Below, piece by piece: positions 1 through 15,619 of a DNA stretch of 64,000 nucleotides. The translations under genes were made by a program, and so were the position numbers. The notes below the pieces were generated by a model. The model worked only from the letters and a program-made list of their open reading frames with translations, had not been told where the DNA came from and ran no database searches. The stretch is taken from the NCBI RefSeq assembly GCF_006345805.1, contig NC_043005.1:19654001-19718000 (forward strand). The letters run 5' to 3'. Positions within the stretch are counted from its first letter, which is position 1; every line of letters begins with the position of its first letter. Source of the stretch: Octopus sinensis (lineage: Eukaryota).

Positions 1-804
1 CCATGCCAGAACTATATAATGCAAAATGTTCATACAAAAAACAAAACAAAACAAAAAAACAAATTGCTGCTGTGACTCACAGTCATTTGAGTTAGACCGC
101 GTGACTACTTCCGGAAGCTATACGCTCGCCACCTGCAATTAGTCCCCCATCTAGGTTCCTTCCCCCGTTTAGTAAATACAGAGTGTCTCAGAATTAATGA
201 CGATTTGAGTGAAATCGGATGTATTTTTTAAAAAATCACTTTTATCTATGTTTATCATGTTCAGTATGCGTTAAAAGTGTATAAATTTTGAAATTTGTTT
301 ATAATTTTATTTGCATTCTTGTTGGAGCCCTCTTATATGTCAGTGACAGCTTTTTTCAATGTGACAGCAATCATTTTCTTTATTTCCATCCCCAAGATGG
401 AGCAATCGCTTAGCTGAGCTTAAAGAACACATTCCGTTAGCAGTACAAGAACTAACTCCTGAAATGCTTCAAATTGTGTCTCACAACGCTAAGAAGAGAT
501 TTGAAGTATGCAGGGATACAGACATGTTGAAAAATTTCAATAAAAGTTTGACGTAAGATTTATAAATCTATTTGTTTTGGTAACAGACATAAAAGTCTGT
601 CAGTGTTTTTTGTTTTTTTAATTTGCTCAATTTCATTGAAACTGCTCGTTAATTATGGAACAGCCTGTATGGTGTGACGTTGTTAGTTGTTGTGTTACTC
701 GAATAAATATTAGAACCAAAGGTCTTCTCGCCGTAAACATCTCATCTTTTCGTTAAGCATATCATATCAAGGAATAATTATCCAAAATGTATCTCCCCTT
801 TATA

Positions 805-924
805 GGCGTCGCTGTGTGGTTTAGAAGCTTGCTTTCCAACCATGTCACCTTGGGTTCAGTCGCACTGTGCGACACGTTGGGCAATTAACTTTCATTACAG
901 CTCCGTGCCGACCAAAGCCTTGTG
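805..924 (+). mobile_element. tRNA-derived SINE family A (CORE-like body), degraded 5' part
   Basis: Similar to the better copy at 31554: A-box-like gctgtgtgg, B-box-like gggttcagtc, ttgggcaa, ccgaccaaagccttgtg. Confidence 0.7.
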
Positions 925-1165
925 TATTATATAATTGCCATGTCGCATTTTAGAGTCTCTAAGACTGGCTAGCGGAAGACAGGAAGTTTATCTTCATTCA
1001 GAAGACCTGGTCTAAATGCTACTATCAAAATGAACTCTGCTAAATGCACACGAAGTTTAGATAAAGAAGCTAAACCGAGCGACGTTTTCAGTCTGTGAGC
1101 CGAGCACTCCGATTATTGTTGTTGTCACCACACTTGTACTCTTTCTTTATATTCGTCTTCTACTT

Positions 1166-1338
1166 AAGGCAGTGAGCTGGCAAAAACGTTAGCATGCCGG
1201 GCGAAATGCTTAGCGGTTGACTTTGCCTTTCATCCTTTCGGGATCGATAAATTAAATACCAGTTGCGTACTGGCGCTGATCTAATCGACTGGTTCCTTGC
1301 CCCAAAATTTCGGGCCTTGTGCTAGAGTAGAAAAGTAT
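1166..1338 (+). mobile_element. tRNA-derived SINE family B, internally deleted
   Basis: aaggcagtgagctggca head and central gactttgcctttcatcctttcggg-atcgataaattaa block shared with copies at 12356, 22278 and 54416. Confidence 0.75.
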
Positions 1339-1345
1339 ATCCCCC

Positions 1346-1560
1346 TTTTACTTGTTTCAGTCATTGGATTGTGACCATGCTGAGGCACTTCCTTGAAGGG
1401 TTTAGTCGTAACAAATCGACTCAAGTACTTATTTTTACGTCTGGAACTTTTTCTACTTGTCTATTTTGCCAAGTCACTAAGGTATGGAGACGTAAGCAAA
1501 CCAACACTGGTTGTCAAGCGGTGATGGGAGACAACCACTTGTACAAAAACCACACAAACA
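1346..1560 (-). mobile_element. 3' half of SINE family A
   Basis: Reverse complement matches the cagcatggccgcagtc...gactgaaacaagtaaaag end seen at 31941 and 34150. Confidence 0.7.
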
Positions 1561-1574
1561 CACGTACATATGCA

Positions 1575-1936
1575 TGTGTGTGTGTGTGTGTGTGAGTGTG
1601 TGTATGTGTGTGTGTGCGTGCGTGTCGTACGGAGTACCACATAATTTCCGTCTACTAAATTCATTAACAAGGTATTGACGAACCTTGGGCTAGAGCAGAA
1701 GACAAGGTGCTGCACAGTGGAGCTGAACCTGCGACTATCCCACTCTCATATGTATGTGTGTGTGTTTGTGTGTTTGTGTGTTTGTGTGTGTGTGTATTTG
1801 TGTGAGTGTGTGTGTGTGTGTGTGTATTTGTGTGTGTGAGTGTGTGTGTGTGTGTGTGTGGTGTGTGTGTGTGTATTTGTGTGTGTGTGAGTGTGTGTGT
1901 GTGTGTTTGTGTGTGAGTGTGTGTGTGTGTATTTGT

Positions 1937-1995
<59 letters not shown>

Positions 1996-2020
1996 TGTGT
2001 TTGTGTGTGTGTGTGTGTGT

Positions 2021-2051
<31 letters not shown>

Positions 2052-2170
2052 TTGTGTGTTTGTGTGTTGTGTGTTTGTGTCTGTGTGTGTTTGTGTATTT
2101 GTGTGTGAGTGTGTGTGTGTGTGTTTGTGTGTGAGTGTGTGTGTGTGTATGTGTGTATGCGTGCGTGTAA
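1575..2170. repeat. Compound (GT)n microsatellite
   Basis: Long GT tract with recurring gtattt/gtgagt interruptions; source of the poly-CV pseudo-ORFs. Confidence 0.95.
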
Positions 2171-2843
2171 GTAAAATGCTCAGCGTGTTTCCTTTTAGAC
2201 CAGTAGGTGTGAATCAGAGGCCGTTTAGCTGCTATTTCTAGTCATTCAAGTGACTGCGTAAAGGCTCCCACATTGGTTCGGGTACAATATTGACTTCAGA
2301 TATAACAATATCAATTATCGATTCTAAAATATTTCTTCTGTTGCTCAGGCAAGAACCACAATATCAGGTTTCTCTGCTCGATTATCTGGATTGTTTGGGT
2401 GCTTAAATTCCCAAAAGATTTTTCCGTCTTCGTTTTATCGTACTCTTTCCATCTCATACTTCACATAGCTTTAAAATCTATATTCCTATATTTTCGAATA
2501 CAATGCATATTGGAGCATAGTTTATCGTGACGCCATTTGTAATCTTGCTGAACTAGAATTTTGTGGCCTCTATGGCAGTAGATAAGATTTGTCTGTCTTT
2601 TCTGTGGAAAGAGGACATTTGTTGGAGCAGGGAGGATAAACTTTCATATTTAAATGTCAGTTTGGAATTAAATACCATATAATAAGGCCGCATTAAGGAA
2701 AATTTATTAGCAATACAGGAAAAAATTTAATTACATTTATTGTGAAAATGTGATTATAAACGTTAAAGAAATACTAACATACACTTGTTCTTAAATTATC
2801 ACACACACACGTGCGCTCGTATTCAATATGGAATATATATATA

Positions 2844-2921
<78 letters not shown>

Positions 2922-4184
2922 TGTGTGTAGATATATGAATATATAGACTTTAGATTCCATAGATTGTATTTCTCTCTCTCTCTATCTATCTATATATATA
3001 TATATAAAATGTGTATATTATACATATATATGTGTGTATGTAAAATTTATATATATGTGTATACATACACACACAGACACACACGAACGCACACTCGCAC
3101 ACACGCACATTGGAATCTACAAAAATACATTTCTTAATGCAAATTAAGAAATGTTTCGAAGGCCACACGTTCATTCTCTCTAGGTTTGTATCCTTGCACC
3201 CGAGTTGTGACCGAACGATTAAATTTAATTCAAATTGTGTATTTCTTGATCGAATCAATGTCCCATAATTTCGCTCCTGTACCTTCTATAAATACTCGTA
3301 GCATGTGCCGTGTAATTCATTCATAAAACATCCCAGCATAAAAGCTCTCTCCAGTATTCAGATTTCTGACACTGGATTGAAATCCGAATTTTCGACGCCT
3401 TCTAGCAACTGAGAGTTCAGCATTCTCACTTTCATCATGCTTTTGATCACGTGTGTACTTGATCAGAGCTTATCTGCAGCGAAACAACATCAACAGATAC
3501 AAGAGCAACATCATAAATAACAGATATTCTATATTGATTTTTAGCTTGTGTAAACTTATGAGCATGACTTCTTTTGTAAATGTTTTGATCTGAAAAATTG
3601 TGGTGAAACATATATAGGTGTCTTAGAAGAGGGAACTTGGTTAGAAGTTAAACACATGTGATGATTATTGTTAGATTGATTTCTATCTTTCATAGCTTCT
3701 GTGATCCATCATTTCAGTACCAGTGACGTAGATTAACGATTTAAATTTAACACATTTCCCCAGTGCAGGTACAGAATGGACGAATGGTTTAAAAGTTTGT
3801 TTCACAACTACGAGGTTCCAGGTTCGTTCCAACATTATGGTATCTTGGGGAAGCATCATTTTCTTAAGCAGATGGTCAATTGGAATTGTATAGAAGCCTC
3901 CGGGTAGATTGTAATTCAAATGTGTATCATTGCCCCCCCCCACACACACACACACCCAGTATCATACTGATTCTATCTAAGAAGTACGTGTACGTGGAAC
4001 GCTCAGCCACTTAAGCATTAATTTAGGAGCAGATAATTTATTTTTATGTTTAGATAATTTCTCCATTTTTTTCAAAGATACATTATGGTCCGTAGAGACG
4101 AATACTTCGATTAGGTGATCCTCCTTTTCTTGGTGACCCTTGACAACAGCATCTGTAGAATGGTAATAATAAAAATGATAATAA

Positions 4185-4643
4185 TGACAAGGTCTCAAAA
4201 AATGGCAAAGTAACTATTCTGTGGGATGTGCCAATACATACAGATAGAGAAATCAAGGCTAATAGAGCGGACATAATTGTCAGATCAAGAAAAAAATGCT
4301 TTCTAATCGATGTGTCAATGACAATATATCTCTAAAAGAAACGGTGAAACTCTCAAAATGCAAAAATCTGGAAATAGAGATGAATCAAATGTGGAACCTA
4401 AAAACAGAAACAATCCCAGTAACAATAGGCGCATTAAGTATGATTAAAAAACATTCAGACAAATGCATAACTAAAACATTGGGACTTACGAATAAATATG
4501 ACATACAGAACATAGCACTGCTAAGGACCACCCACATCCTACGTAAAGCACTTTCAATACAGTGAAAATAAGAGTACTGCAACAAACCACAGCACATACC
4601 CAAGGCACACGGAGAGTGAAAGCATGGGATAAAAATAAGACTA

Positions 4644-4650
<7 letters not shown>
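4185..4650 (+). mobile_element. R4/Dong-clade non-LTR retrotransposon 3' end (RLE domain and 3' UTR)
   Basis: Translates to KVTILWDVPIHTDREIKANR.DI and CKNLEIEMNQMWNLKTETIPVTIGAL...ALLRTTHILRKALSIQ; ends directly in (TAA)n. Confidence 0.85.

Positions 4651-4716
<66 letters not shown>
4648..4716. repeat. (TAA)n microsatellite (Dong tail/target)
   Basis: Perfect aat repeat between two Dong fragments. Confidence 0.95.
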
Positions 4717-5735
4717 GACTTAGAAAACCCTAGGACTGCACTGGATCCATAACGTCTGGTTGAATTGTTTGACAGAAGTACACCAGCATTTTGCTACTTC
4801 CCTAACTGATGCCATCCAGAACCCAGAGTAAATACCTGCCTGGCTGACCGAAGGAACAATATACCTCCTACCAAAAACTGAAGATACGAAAAATCCAAAG
4901 AACTACCGACCAATAACATGTCTTAACACCACCTACAAGATCCTAACATCGATACTAACTCAAAGAATATGCCCTTTCCTTGAACAGAACGCTATCCTTC
5001 CGCAAGCCCAAAAAGATTGTCAAAAGAATTCATATGGATGCAAAGATTCATAAATGAAATGATTGTACAGAATTACCGTATCAAAAAGAACCTGAGTATG
5101 GCATGGACAGACTACAGGAAAGCGTTTGATAGTGTCCCACATAATTGGTTACTGAAGGCCTTTGAGATATATAAGATCTCTCCTGCCGTCTCCATATTCT
5201 TACAAGGTAGCATGGCCAAGTGGAATACACGTCTCCTTCTACACCATAGTAATAGGATGAACCAATATAACAACATCAACATCAAATGAGGCATCTTTAA
5301 AGGTGACTCCCTCTCCCCATTTCTCTTTTGCATGACACTGATCCCACTCTCAAACGAACTGAATAACACCAGGTATGGGCTCAAAGTGTATGATATAGTA
5401 AACCATTCTGTTTTATATGGATGATCTGAAACTGTTTGCTAGAAATGACGAAGAGCTAGTCGTTAATAGTTAAAGAGTTCAGCAATGACATCGGGATCGA
5501 TTTTGGCCTTGATAAGTGTGCTAAAGCAACTTTTGTAAGAGGCAAGCTCAAGCAAACAGCTTCAATTAAATTAGATACCGATACTACCATCAAGGAGCTT
5601 GATCCACAAGAAAGCTATAAATACCTGGGGATAAACGAAGGAGATGGTATACAATATGCTACTATGTGAGAAGGAATAAGAAAGGGGTATTACAAGAGAG
5701 CAAGACTCATGCTAAAACCTGAACTCAACTCCAAA
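4716..5735 (+). mobile_element. R4/Dong reverse transcriptase fragment, frameshifted
   Basis: NPKNYRPITCLNTTYKILT, LSMAWTDYRKAFDSVPHNW, GIFKGDSLSP, FYMDDLKLFA, FGLDKCAK, YKYLG motifs. Confidence 0.9.
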
Positions 5736-5744
5736 ATTCAACGA

Positions 5745-6385
5745 GCGACAATATGTTCAGCCATCTTATTGTTTTGTTTGCGTAGTTTACATTGGATGTT
5801 GACCTCTTTGTTTTGATTATTTTTTTCTGTAATCATTTTTACCTTATCATTAGCTCTGCAGAGCTAAAACCAAGAACTTTTGTGCCATAATTCATTTTCA
5901 CTCTGGTTTACTTCTTTCTTTTCGCTGCAAGATGCTGGTCATGAAATAGATTTTCTCGACATTTTTTCTTTAGTATATTTTGGATGTTTCTTCTGATTTT
6001 GTCATTTTGTTGTTTTGTTCGTAACCAAAATCTTCCTCTTCTGTATAATTAGATAATGCCAACTCCACTGAAGTACACTGACGTTTCTAGTTTGTAATTG
6101 TTTCCTATATAAAAATGTTTTCTGTTTTCATATTTCCTCATTATACCATTCAGTTTCTTTTTACAGGATTTTATGTTCGAAACCTCACAGTTGTTCAGCC
6201 TCACTCCTCCTTGTGTGCGATGGAGGTATATATTGGTGACTTCAGAGCACTGTTTGTAGAGCTTGTTTTTCTATGTTCTTTTAAATTGCCGCATCTTTTC
6301 AAAGTCTCTCTCTAGGCCTTCGTATCTGCTAGTTTTTTTTTCTAATTCTTGTACTACATATTTCAATCTGGGTCTGTGTTACATT
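5745..6385 (-). mobile_element. Degraded R4/Dong post-RT and zinc-finger fragment
   Basis: Minus-strand NIYLHRTQGG (RLYxxRxxGGRGL-like) near 6230; C.L.KQ...EHIV zinc-knuckle remnant near 5745-5800. Confidence 0.55.
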
Positions 6386-9290
6386 ACTGATTCTGGGTAG
6401 TTTGCTTACGATTTGGTGACGGTTTATATCCTAGGAGTTGCAAATTTTCTAGTGTATTGGCTTAGACTCTCATGGCGACTCTTACATTCATTTGATGTTA
6501 GTATCGGACAGCCAGAGATGGGATAGTCTATTATTTGTTCAAAATGACCGCAAAACCTGCATTTAGAATCTACACCAATTTTTAAGACATTGGTTTAGCT
6601 TTTCTGATAAACAAACTTTGACCACTTGATTCCAATATAGATCCTTCCGTCTGTGTTCTAATCTTGAACTTCACAGTTGTTACTGGGTTAGTTTCTGTTT
6701 TTGATTAGCATCTTTGTTTCAGATTATATACTGTCTATACAGAGGTATTCAACTTCATTGATACTCTCGTAACTATTTTTGGCCTTTTTTTTTGTGCTAG
6801 CTGCTAAATAGTTTCAACCTGCATAGTGGTAGCTTCTTCCAGTTGATCATTTCTTGTAAGATTCTCACTGAATTCTGTGGTGAATTTACTACATTCCTTA
6901 GTAAGCGAGTGAGACTTTTTGCATATTTTGTAGCCAAGAACCTGTTGCAACATCCAGTCTTCTGTGGATTCCACGTATCTAAATAACCCTTTTGTGGTTT
7001 TTATATCACAGATCACACTGCATTGATCCCCTATACCACCTTGCTTCTTTACAGACACATACGACCACTAGGGGTATAATATTTGGTTGAGCATTATTAT
7101 TATTATGAACATTAGGTATGTGCAGTGACTCTCCTACAACTCTGTTGTATTGATTTTTCATCTGAAATTCGCGTGAGGATTATAGTTGATTATGTCCACC
7201 CTAGTATGTAGTATTACTGACGACAAGAGAATAAGAGACAAAACTGACCACGGCGGTATTTGAACTCAGAATGTAAAGGGTCATAACGGAAAATATTAAA
7301 ACCCTTTGTTTCTACGCTTTAAAGATTCTGCGATATCCATTGCCCTTATTATATTGCAAGTACTTTGCAGACTGCGTGTGCGGTGTCCAGTAATTTTATT
7401 TTCGCTGTGATGTACATATTTACTCCCACTCTTTTGGTTGTAATGTTATTTAATTATTTCTAGTTTATATTTTATACTATTTGTTTTACTTTTTCATCAT
7501 TCCTTCAAAGAAAATGTTTGCTATCTTTCAATGGATAGTTTATAATAGTTTAGCTGCATAAGGTCCAGATACTCGTGCAGTCGCGGTCAATGTGCGGGTC
7601 AAGTGTCATCACTAGCTCTGTCAATATCTTATTACGAAGATATCTCTGTATCTTATGTATCCCTGTGAAATATCTTAATCAGAAGTTTGGGATTATGTCA
7701 AGTCTTGGTACCAGCCACTTGTTTGATGGTTTAATTTTATTATTTTGGGGTGGGGAGGCAGGATTACAATACCAGGATACTTCGTTGTCAAATTTTGGTT
7801 GATTTATTCTAAGTGCGGTCATTATTTAATGACGCTAGTTTGTTTAGCACCCAATATCAGAATATAATCCTTATAAGGTATCGATAGCATTACCTTTTCT
7901 GCTTTAAGTTCTGTTTTAAGTATTAATCTAATGCATTTGTAATATATCCCTTTCTAACCCTTTCTTTCATTTATGTGCCCTGTACAATGTTTAAATTGAT
8001 TCCTAAGTATTTGTATCTCAGCATTTGATGTAATTCTCATATCTTTGATTATTTATCTCACAAGCATGATATATTAGTGGTTTTAATTAATTTTCTTCTC
8101 TTTATGGTTGCTCTGGCGAACTTTTCTAACCCGCATATTTAAGCAATTACTCTAGTAAATCCACTTATGGCCAGCAGAAGTGATTCTGTTTGCTTATCCT
8201 CTTCCTCCTAGAACTTGAGATAGTTAACATGCAAAAGACGGCTGATTGTCATTCCATAACATTTACATTCGAGTCGAGTCCTATTTAATATGTTGGCTGT
8301 GTTCGCACTAAACAGAAGAGAAATGGAGATAGTAAGTAGCCTTGGAATAATCATCTTCCAAGAAGATGGGCTTTTCTTTTTTCTACCTTTTGTTGTTTCC
8401 GCAGGATTGCATAACATTTACTCATAAAGGGCCTAATGTATCCATTTATTATTAGTGTTAAGTTACTCATAGCTAATGTCCGTTTTGGATCGACGTGTGG
8501 AAGCCTTATCAAAAGCTTTCTGGCCGTCAATCCATGCTACTTTGAGAAACCATCTTCCCCCCGCTACATTCTTTTTTAATAGTTTTGTTCATCTGTTCTT
8601 TACAGCTATATGAACTTTTGCAGCAGTCATTCTTTGCTAGAAACAGATTTGTTTCTAAATGTCCGTTCATTCTTTGTGATATTATTTTAGTTAATATCTG
8701 TAATGTGCAGGAAGGCAGATTATGAGGATCTGAAGCATTTAGATTTAGTGCTTCAATAACTTCGGTGATTAATGTGTTTTTTTCTCCAGCTCCCAGTGAA
8801 CCAGTCAGGTGTTGTCGGCTCTATCAGCATTTTATTGAATATCTCTACCAGCACTTTATGTATACTTGTTAAATAATTTAGCCTAGAAGTTTGAGATCCT
8901 GTGATGTTCTAATGTGTTCCAGGTTCTTTAGTTTTATCTTCTTTAAAATATTTATTCCTTCTTTACTGTATCTAGGCTATTTCTTGTAGCGTTCTGACTT
9001 TGCATGACTGTGCAGATGTTGTATTCATTGTTTTGAATAATCCCGCCCGTGGTCATTTTTTTCTGTCCACGCTCCTGCCACGAATTCTTCAAATTTTCGA
9101 ACTGTTAATGCTAGTCCTTCATAAAACCGATATGGATTGGTACCGAATTGTTTTGTTTAAAGAATCATAGTCGTTTGCTATGCTAACAACTACTCTCCGG
9201 TTTAGCACGATCTCCATATTCAAGTGTCCTTTGATTTCGCATACCTCGTTTTTGTTAAGTTATGTTGAGATTTGAGGAGAATTGTCACCA
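6385..9290 (-). mobile_element. Heavily degraded long R4/Dong element
   Basis: LTKIISQRMNGHLE (~8690), VAWIDGQKAFD (~8530), VKKQGG.G...KGLFRYVESTEDWMLQQV (ORF 6804-7058), SKCRFCGHFE..ISGCPIL (~6500-6570). Confidence 0.7.
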
Positions 9291-9337
9291 AACCTCAAAA
9301 TAAAATATCAGGAAACAAAACTTAACATGCACTAGAT

Positions 9338-9990
<653 letters not shown>

Positions 9991-10024
9991 AATAATAATA
10001 ATGATAATAATAATAATAATAATA

Positions 10025-10067
<43 letters not shown>

Positions 10068-10091
10068 CAATAATAACACTAAAAATAACAC

Positions 10092-10126
<35 letters not shown>

Positions 10127-10177
10127 GTAATAATAATAATGATGATGATGATGATGAGGAGGAGGAGGAGGAGGAGG

Positions 10178-10242
<65 letters not shown>

Positions 10243-10244
<2 letters not shown>

Positions 10245-10940
10245 GCAAGGTACAGTCGATATCAGGGATAGAATTACCGAAAATAGACTTGATTAAACAA
10301 ATTGAAAAGGAAGGATACAAATACCTTGGTGTACTGGATTTCAACGAGATAATGGGTAAGGAAATGAAAGAGTAACTGAGGGTGGAGTATTTCCGAGGAA
10401 TGAGGTTGGTATTGCGCTCAAAATTGACTGGATGGCATAAAATCCAAGCAGTTCATGACGTGGACGATGGCATCCCTTTGGTACGGAGCGGGAATTATAA
10501 AATGGCAAAAAAGAGAAGTGAGGAAAATGGATGTCAAGACCAGAATAAAGTTGACAGTACACAGAGCCTTCAAGCCTAAGAGTGAGACCCAGAGGTTGTA
10601 CCTGGAAGAAAGGGTGGGAAAGGTTTGATTAGTTGCCAGGACTGAATCGAAGCAAAAGAAAACAGCTTAGGGTGGTATATAAAAAATGCTGTGGAACCAC
10701 TGTTCAAACACACGAAGAAGGCCGGCGTCATCAAAGCTGCAAACTATGTAACTGAAGAAAAATATAAACAAGAAATGAATAAAAGAAAAGAAGAAGTATG
10801 AAAAAAAAAAAGAAAATGTACGGTCAGTTTGCAAGAGATGTGAATACCAAGACAGATGCAGAGAACTGTGGCTATGGATGAGGAGGAATGACCTGAAGAT
10901 AGAGAGACATAAGTATTCATATGCGCAGCCCAGGAACAAG
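10243..10940 (+). mobile_element. R4/Dong thumb/post-RT fragment
   Basis: KEGYKYLGVL, LVLRSKLTGWHKIQAV, KGLISCQD, MYGQFARD, FICAAQEQA motifs with stops and frameshifts. Confidence 0.8.
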
Positions 10941-11004
10941 CGGCAGACGAAATACCGAAAGTATTTCGGCGGGCGTGCTAGCGATTCTGCCAGTTCGCCG
11001 CCTT
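10940..11004 (-). mobile_element. SINE family B head only
   Basis: Reverse complement aaggcggcgaactggcagaatcgctagcacg matches the 22278 copy. Confidence 0.75.
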
Positions 11005-11007
11005 AAA

Positions 11008-11069
<62 letters not shown>

Positions 11070-11113
11070 TAATAATAACGACGACGACGACGGCGATGAC
11101 GATGATGATGATA

Positions 11114-11671
11114 AATGCCCTGATGCAGTACCAGGCAGTGGCTCTCATGGCTCCTGACCTTAACTGATTGGAAGTATTATCATGTACATTGTTTTGTCTT
11201 GGTATAAAAGATGAGCTACAGCAAATATTCTGCTCAATACCACAGATTTGCTTGTCAGTTGTTTAACCTTAACCAGTTGAGCATGTCCGTTAGTGGCTGA
11301 CGATATGTGCATCTCTGATCACGTGCAGAAGTAATGGGGGAGCATCATAGCCGTGTGTTGAAAGGAATTCTTAGAGGTTTGGATAATTCATCTCTGGAAA
11401 CATAGGTGCTTCGTTCAATATCCTTAAACAACCCTTATTCAGGGAACTTTTGAGCGGGATGGGTTACTCGACCAGAAGAAAATTTTAACTAGGCTCCAGC
11501 TGCAAGGTCATGCGTTATTTATCTTGATATGAGATCACCATGTCGCGCACATATGATTGTGATACATGTGCCTGGTGTACCCTTATCAGACGGGTAGTCA
11601 TGATGGGTATACTAGGCTTCGTATAATTGTACCTCAGTGTCACTTTGATGGCATGCACTGCTCTCTCACTC
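11114..11671. mobile_element. About 560-bp non-coding interspersed element embedded in AAT/GAT arrays
   Basis: Complex sequence flanked by trinucleotide arrays on both sides, with no useful ORF and no tRNA head. I recognise it as a recurrent cephalopod repeat from memory; unverified. Confidence 0.55.
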
Positions 11672-11717
11672 AATAATAATAATAATGATGATGATGTTGA
11701 TAATAATAATAATAATA

Positions 11718-11751
<34 letters not shown>

Positions 11752-11834
11752 TAATAATAATAATGATAATAATAATGATGATGATAATAATAATAATACG
11801 TGTGTGTATGTGTGTTCGTGTCTCTTGCCCATAT

Positions 11835-12015
11835 ATATTTATATTATATTATATATATATAATATATAATATATATAACATATATATATAATATAACTAA
11901 TTTCAACGGATTTCGCCCAAAATTGACGTCTATATTACTTAGTTTGGTTTGAAATAAAGAACTTGATTAGCTTAATAATCGTAACTTAATCCCAGGCAAG
12001 GCCGGGTTATACTGC

Positions 12016-12017
<2 letters not shown>
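11835..12017 (+). mobile_element. Degraded short non-autonomous Helitron
   Basis: Ends in cccaggcaaggccgggttatactgcta, a variant of the cccgagcaacgccgggcgatactgctag hairpin-plus-CTAG terminus at 15294 and 35007. Confidence 0.4.

Positions 12018-12105
<88 letters not shown>
12018..12105. repeat. (AAT)n directly abutting (ATT)n: palindromic microsatellite
   Basis: ataataat... switches to ...tattatt at about 12054. Confidence 0.9.
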
Positions 12106-12230
12106 TGTTTGACTTTTGCTTTACATTTGTACAAGTTGGCTCCAAGTCTCACCCAGAGACCTCAAGAGACAACAGGTTGGAAGTTCATGTTGTTGTTATG
12201 CCTAGTGTGCCATATATTTGGGGGGGGGGG
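12106..12230 (-). mobile_element. Probable R4/Dong 3' UTR fragment of another family
   Basis: On the minus strand it ends ...gcaaaagtcaaacag followed by (aat)n; no coding evidence. Confidence 0.4.
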
Positions 12231-12306
12231 GAGTTTTTGGTGTTGTACTAATGAATGTCTAAAAAAAATTTTTTTAATTTTTTAATTTTTTTTATTATTA
12301 TTATTA

Positions 12307-12354
<48 letters not shown>

Positions 12355-12355
12355 C

Positions 12356-13802
<1,447 letters not shown>

Positions 13803-13803
<1 letters not shown>

Positions 13804-13815
13804 TTATTATTATTA

Positions 13816-13867
<52 letters not shown>

Positions 13868-13871
13868 CATT

Positions 13872-13921
<50 letters not shown>

Positions 13922-13995
13922 TATTATCATCATCATCATCATCATTATTATTATTATTATTATTATTATTGTTATTATTATCATCATCATCATTA
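13803..13995. repeat. (TTA)n/(TCA)n compound microsatellite
   Basis: Direct inspection. Confidence 0.95.
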
Positions 13996-14469
13996 ATGTT
14001 AATGTGTCGATATTGCTGGATCAGTCTCATGTTGATATGAACCGTGCTCTGGCAGTTTGTTTACATATGGTACTAGATCGCCGAATTGTCTGAATATTTG
14101 TAATACATTAATTATATGAGGTAATGATCAATAGATTTCACAGCTATTACTTATACAGTCATTCTCCAACTATTTCGCCATTTCTTCCATTTGACTCGTT
14201 GCTTTTAATCGTTTTATTGGATATTTTACAGAACAAACAAACGGTATTCTCTCATATAATCGTCCCTGGATATTACAATAGCCATTACTTTACAGTACAG
14301 TTATTTTTGTTACGTGTTTTCTTTACACTATCGAGCACAGTTTTGTGGATGTTTCATATGTGTAGTGTTTTGTTTTGGCTTTGTATTTTCAGTTATACCA
14401 TCAGTACTCTTCGTAAGCATGTATGCCGTACCTAGTCGTCTTTTGTATTTTTATATTATTAAATGCATA

Positions 14470-14670
14470 GAAGCGGCAGAATCCTTAGTGCGTTGGACAA
14501 AATTGTTTAGCATTTCTTCTAGTGGTTTCTTTTCCAGGGTAAATTTTGCTTTTCATTTCTTCGGGGTCGATAAAATAAAGTGAATGTCTAGTACTGACAT
14601 CAATACACTTGAGTAACCTGCTCCCCCAAAATTGCTGGCTTTGCGTCAAAATTTGAAAATATTACTATTG
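14470..14670 (+). mobile_element. Degraded SINE family B
   Basis: gcggcagaatccttag head, ttcggggtcgataaaataa block, caaaatttgaaa end then (tta)n. Confidence 0.55.
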
Positions 14671-14673
14671 GTG

Positions 14674-14745
<72 letters not shown>

Positions 14746-14897
14746 CATCATCCTCATCCTCATCATCATTATCATTTACGTCTTTACGATCAGAGTTCAA
14801 ATTCCGCCGAGTTAATGGACATGATGTTATTAATTTATTGACAGAAGATTGAAAGATTTACGTGTCCAGCCAATCTTTGATTATTATTTATTATATA

Positions 14898-15294
14898 TCT
14901 TTATATATAAAAGAGAAGTTGTGTGTCTGTCTCCTACGATTTAGATTCCTAACTACTCCCACATTTTGCGGTGCAGTTTAACCAAAAGCGGGTATCTTAT
15001 AGTCGTGATTCATATCGAGCCCTTCTGGGTATTAGCGCGCGTCTACGATGAGTCTACGATTAAAAAAAAAATTACCATCATTTTTTTCCATTTTAATGCA
15101 TTTTTCCGCTATTATATAAGGGAAGTACCTCTCTAAAAATGTCTACGATGAGTCAACGATTTAAAAAAAATTTACCATAATTTTTTTTCCATTTTTAATG
15201 CATTTCTTTTGCTATTTTTTGGCTATAACACTCTAAAAATGCTTATATAATTATTTCCCTTACAAACCCGAGCAACGCCGGGCGATACTGCTAG
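14898..15294 (+). mobile_element. Non-autonomous Helitron
   Basis: 5' TC (tctttatatataaaag), 3' hairpin cccgagcaacgccggg plus CTAG, inserted between A and T with no TSD; second copy at 34609. Confidence 0.8.
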
Positions 15295-15619
15295 TTATAT
15301 ATATTATATATTATTATATCCTTATTAGAAATGTTCCAGACGATTGTGATCAAGTCATTATCATGACCATGTTTGTTCTGAACGTGTACACTACACAGCG
15401 TCTGTTTCTATGCTGGACAGTGACTGAATGGCGTATATACTGAGTAGGTTGTGTCATATTATTAGATCGAAAATGTGAAGGATGTACGCTGCCTGAGTTT
15501 TGGGTGTAATGCTGTGGAACATCGATTACAAAAGAGTTTCATTAAATCAGAAGCTATGACCACTGTGCATACAACAGACATGATAAGGCTACCGGCTTCA
15601 CTATGTTAATAACCTTGGA

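Noticed and set aside
3148-3500. GAAAC-containing hairpin remnants near 3150-3180 and 3455-3490; similar CTGATGA words at 55304 and 62677
   Set aside because: Core or stems are incomplete; these cannot be told apart from chance in AT-rich DNA.
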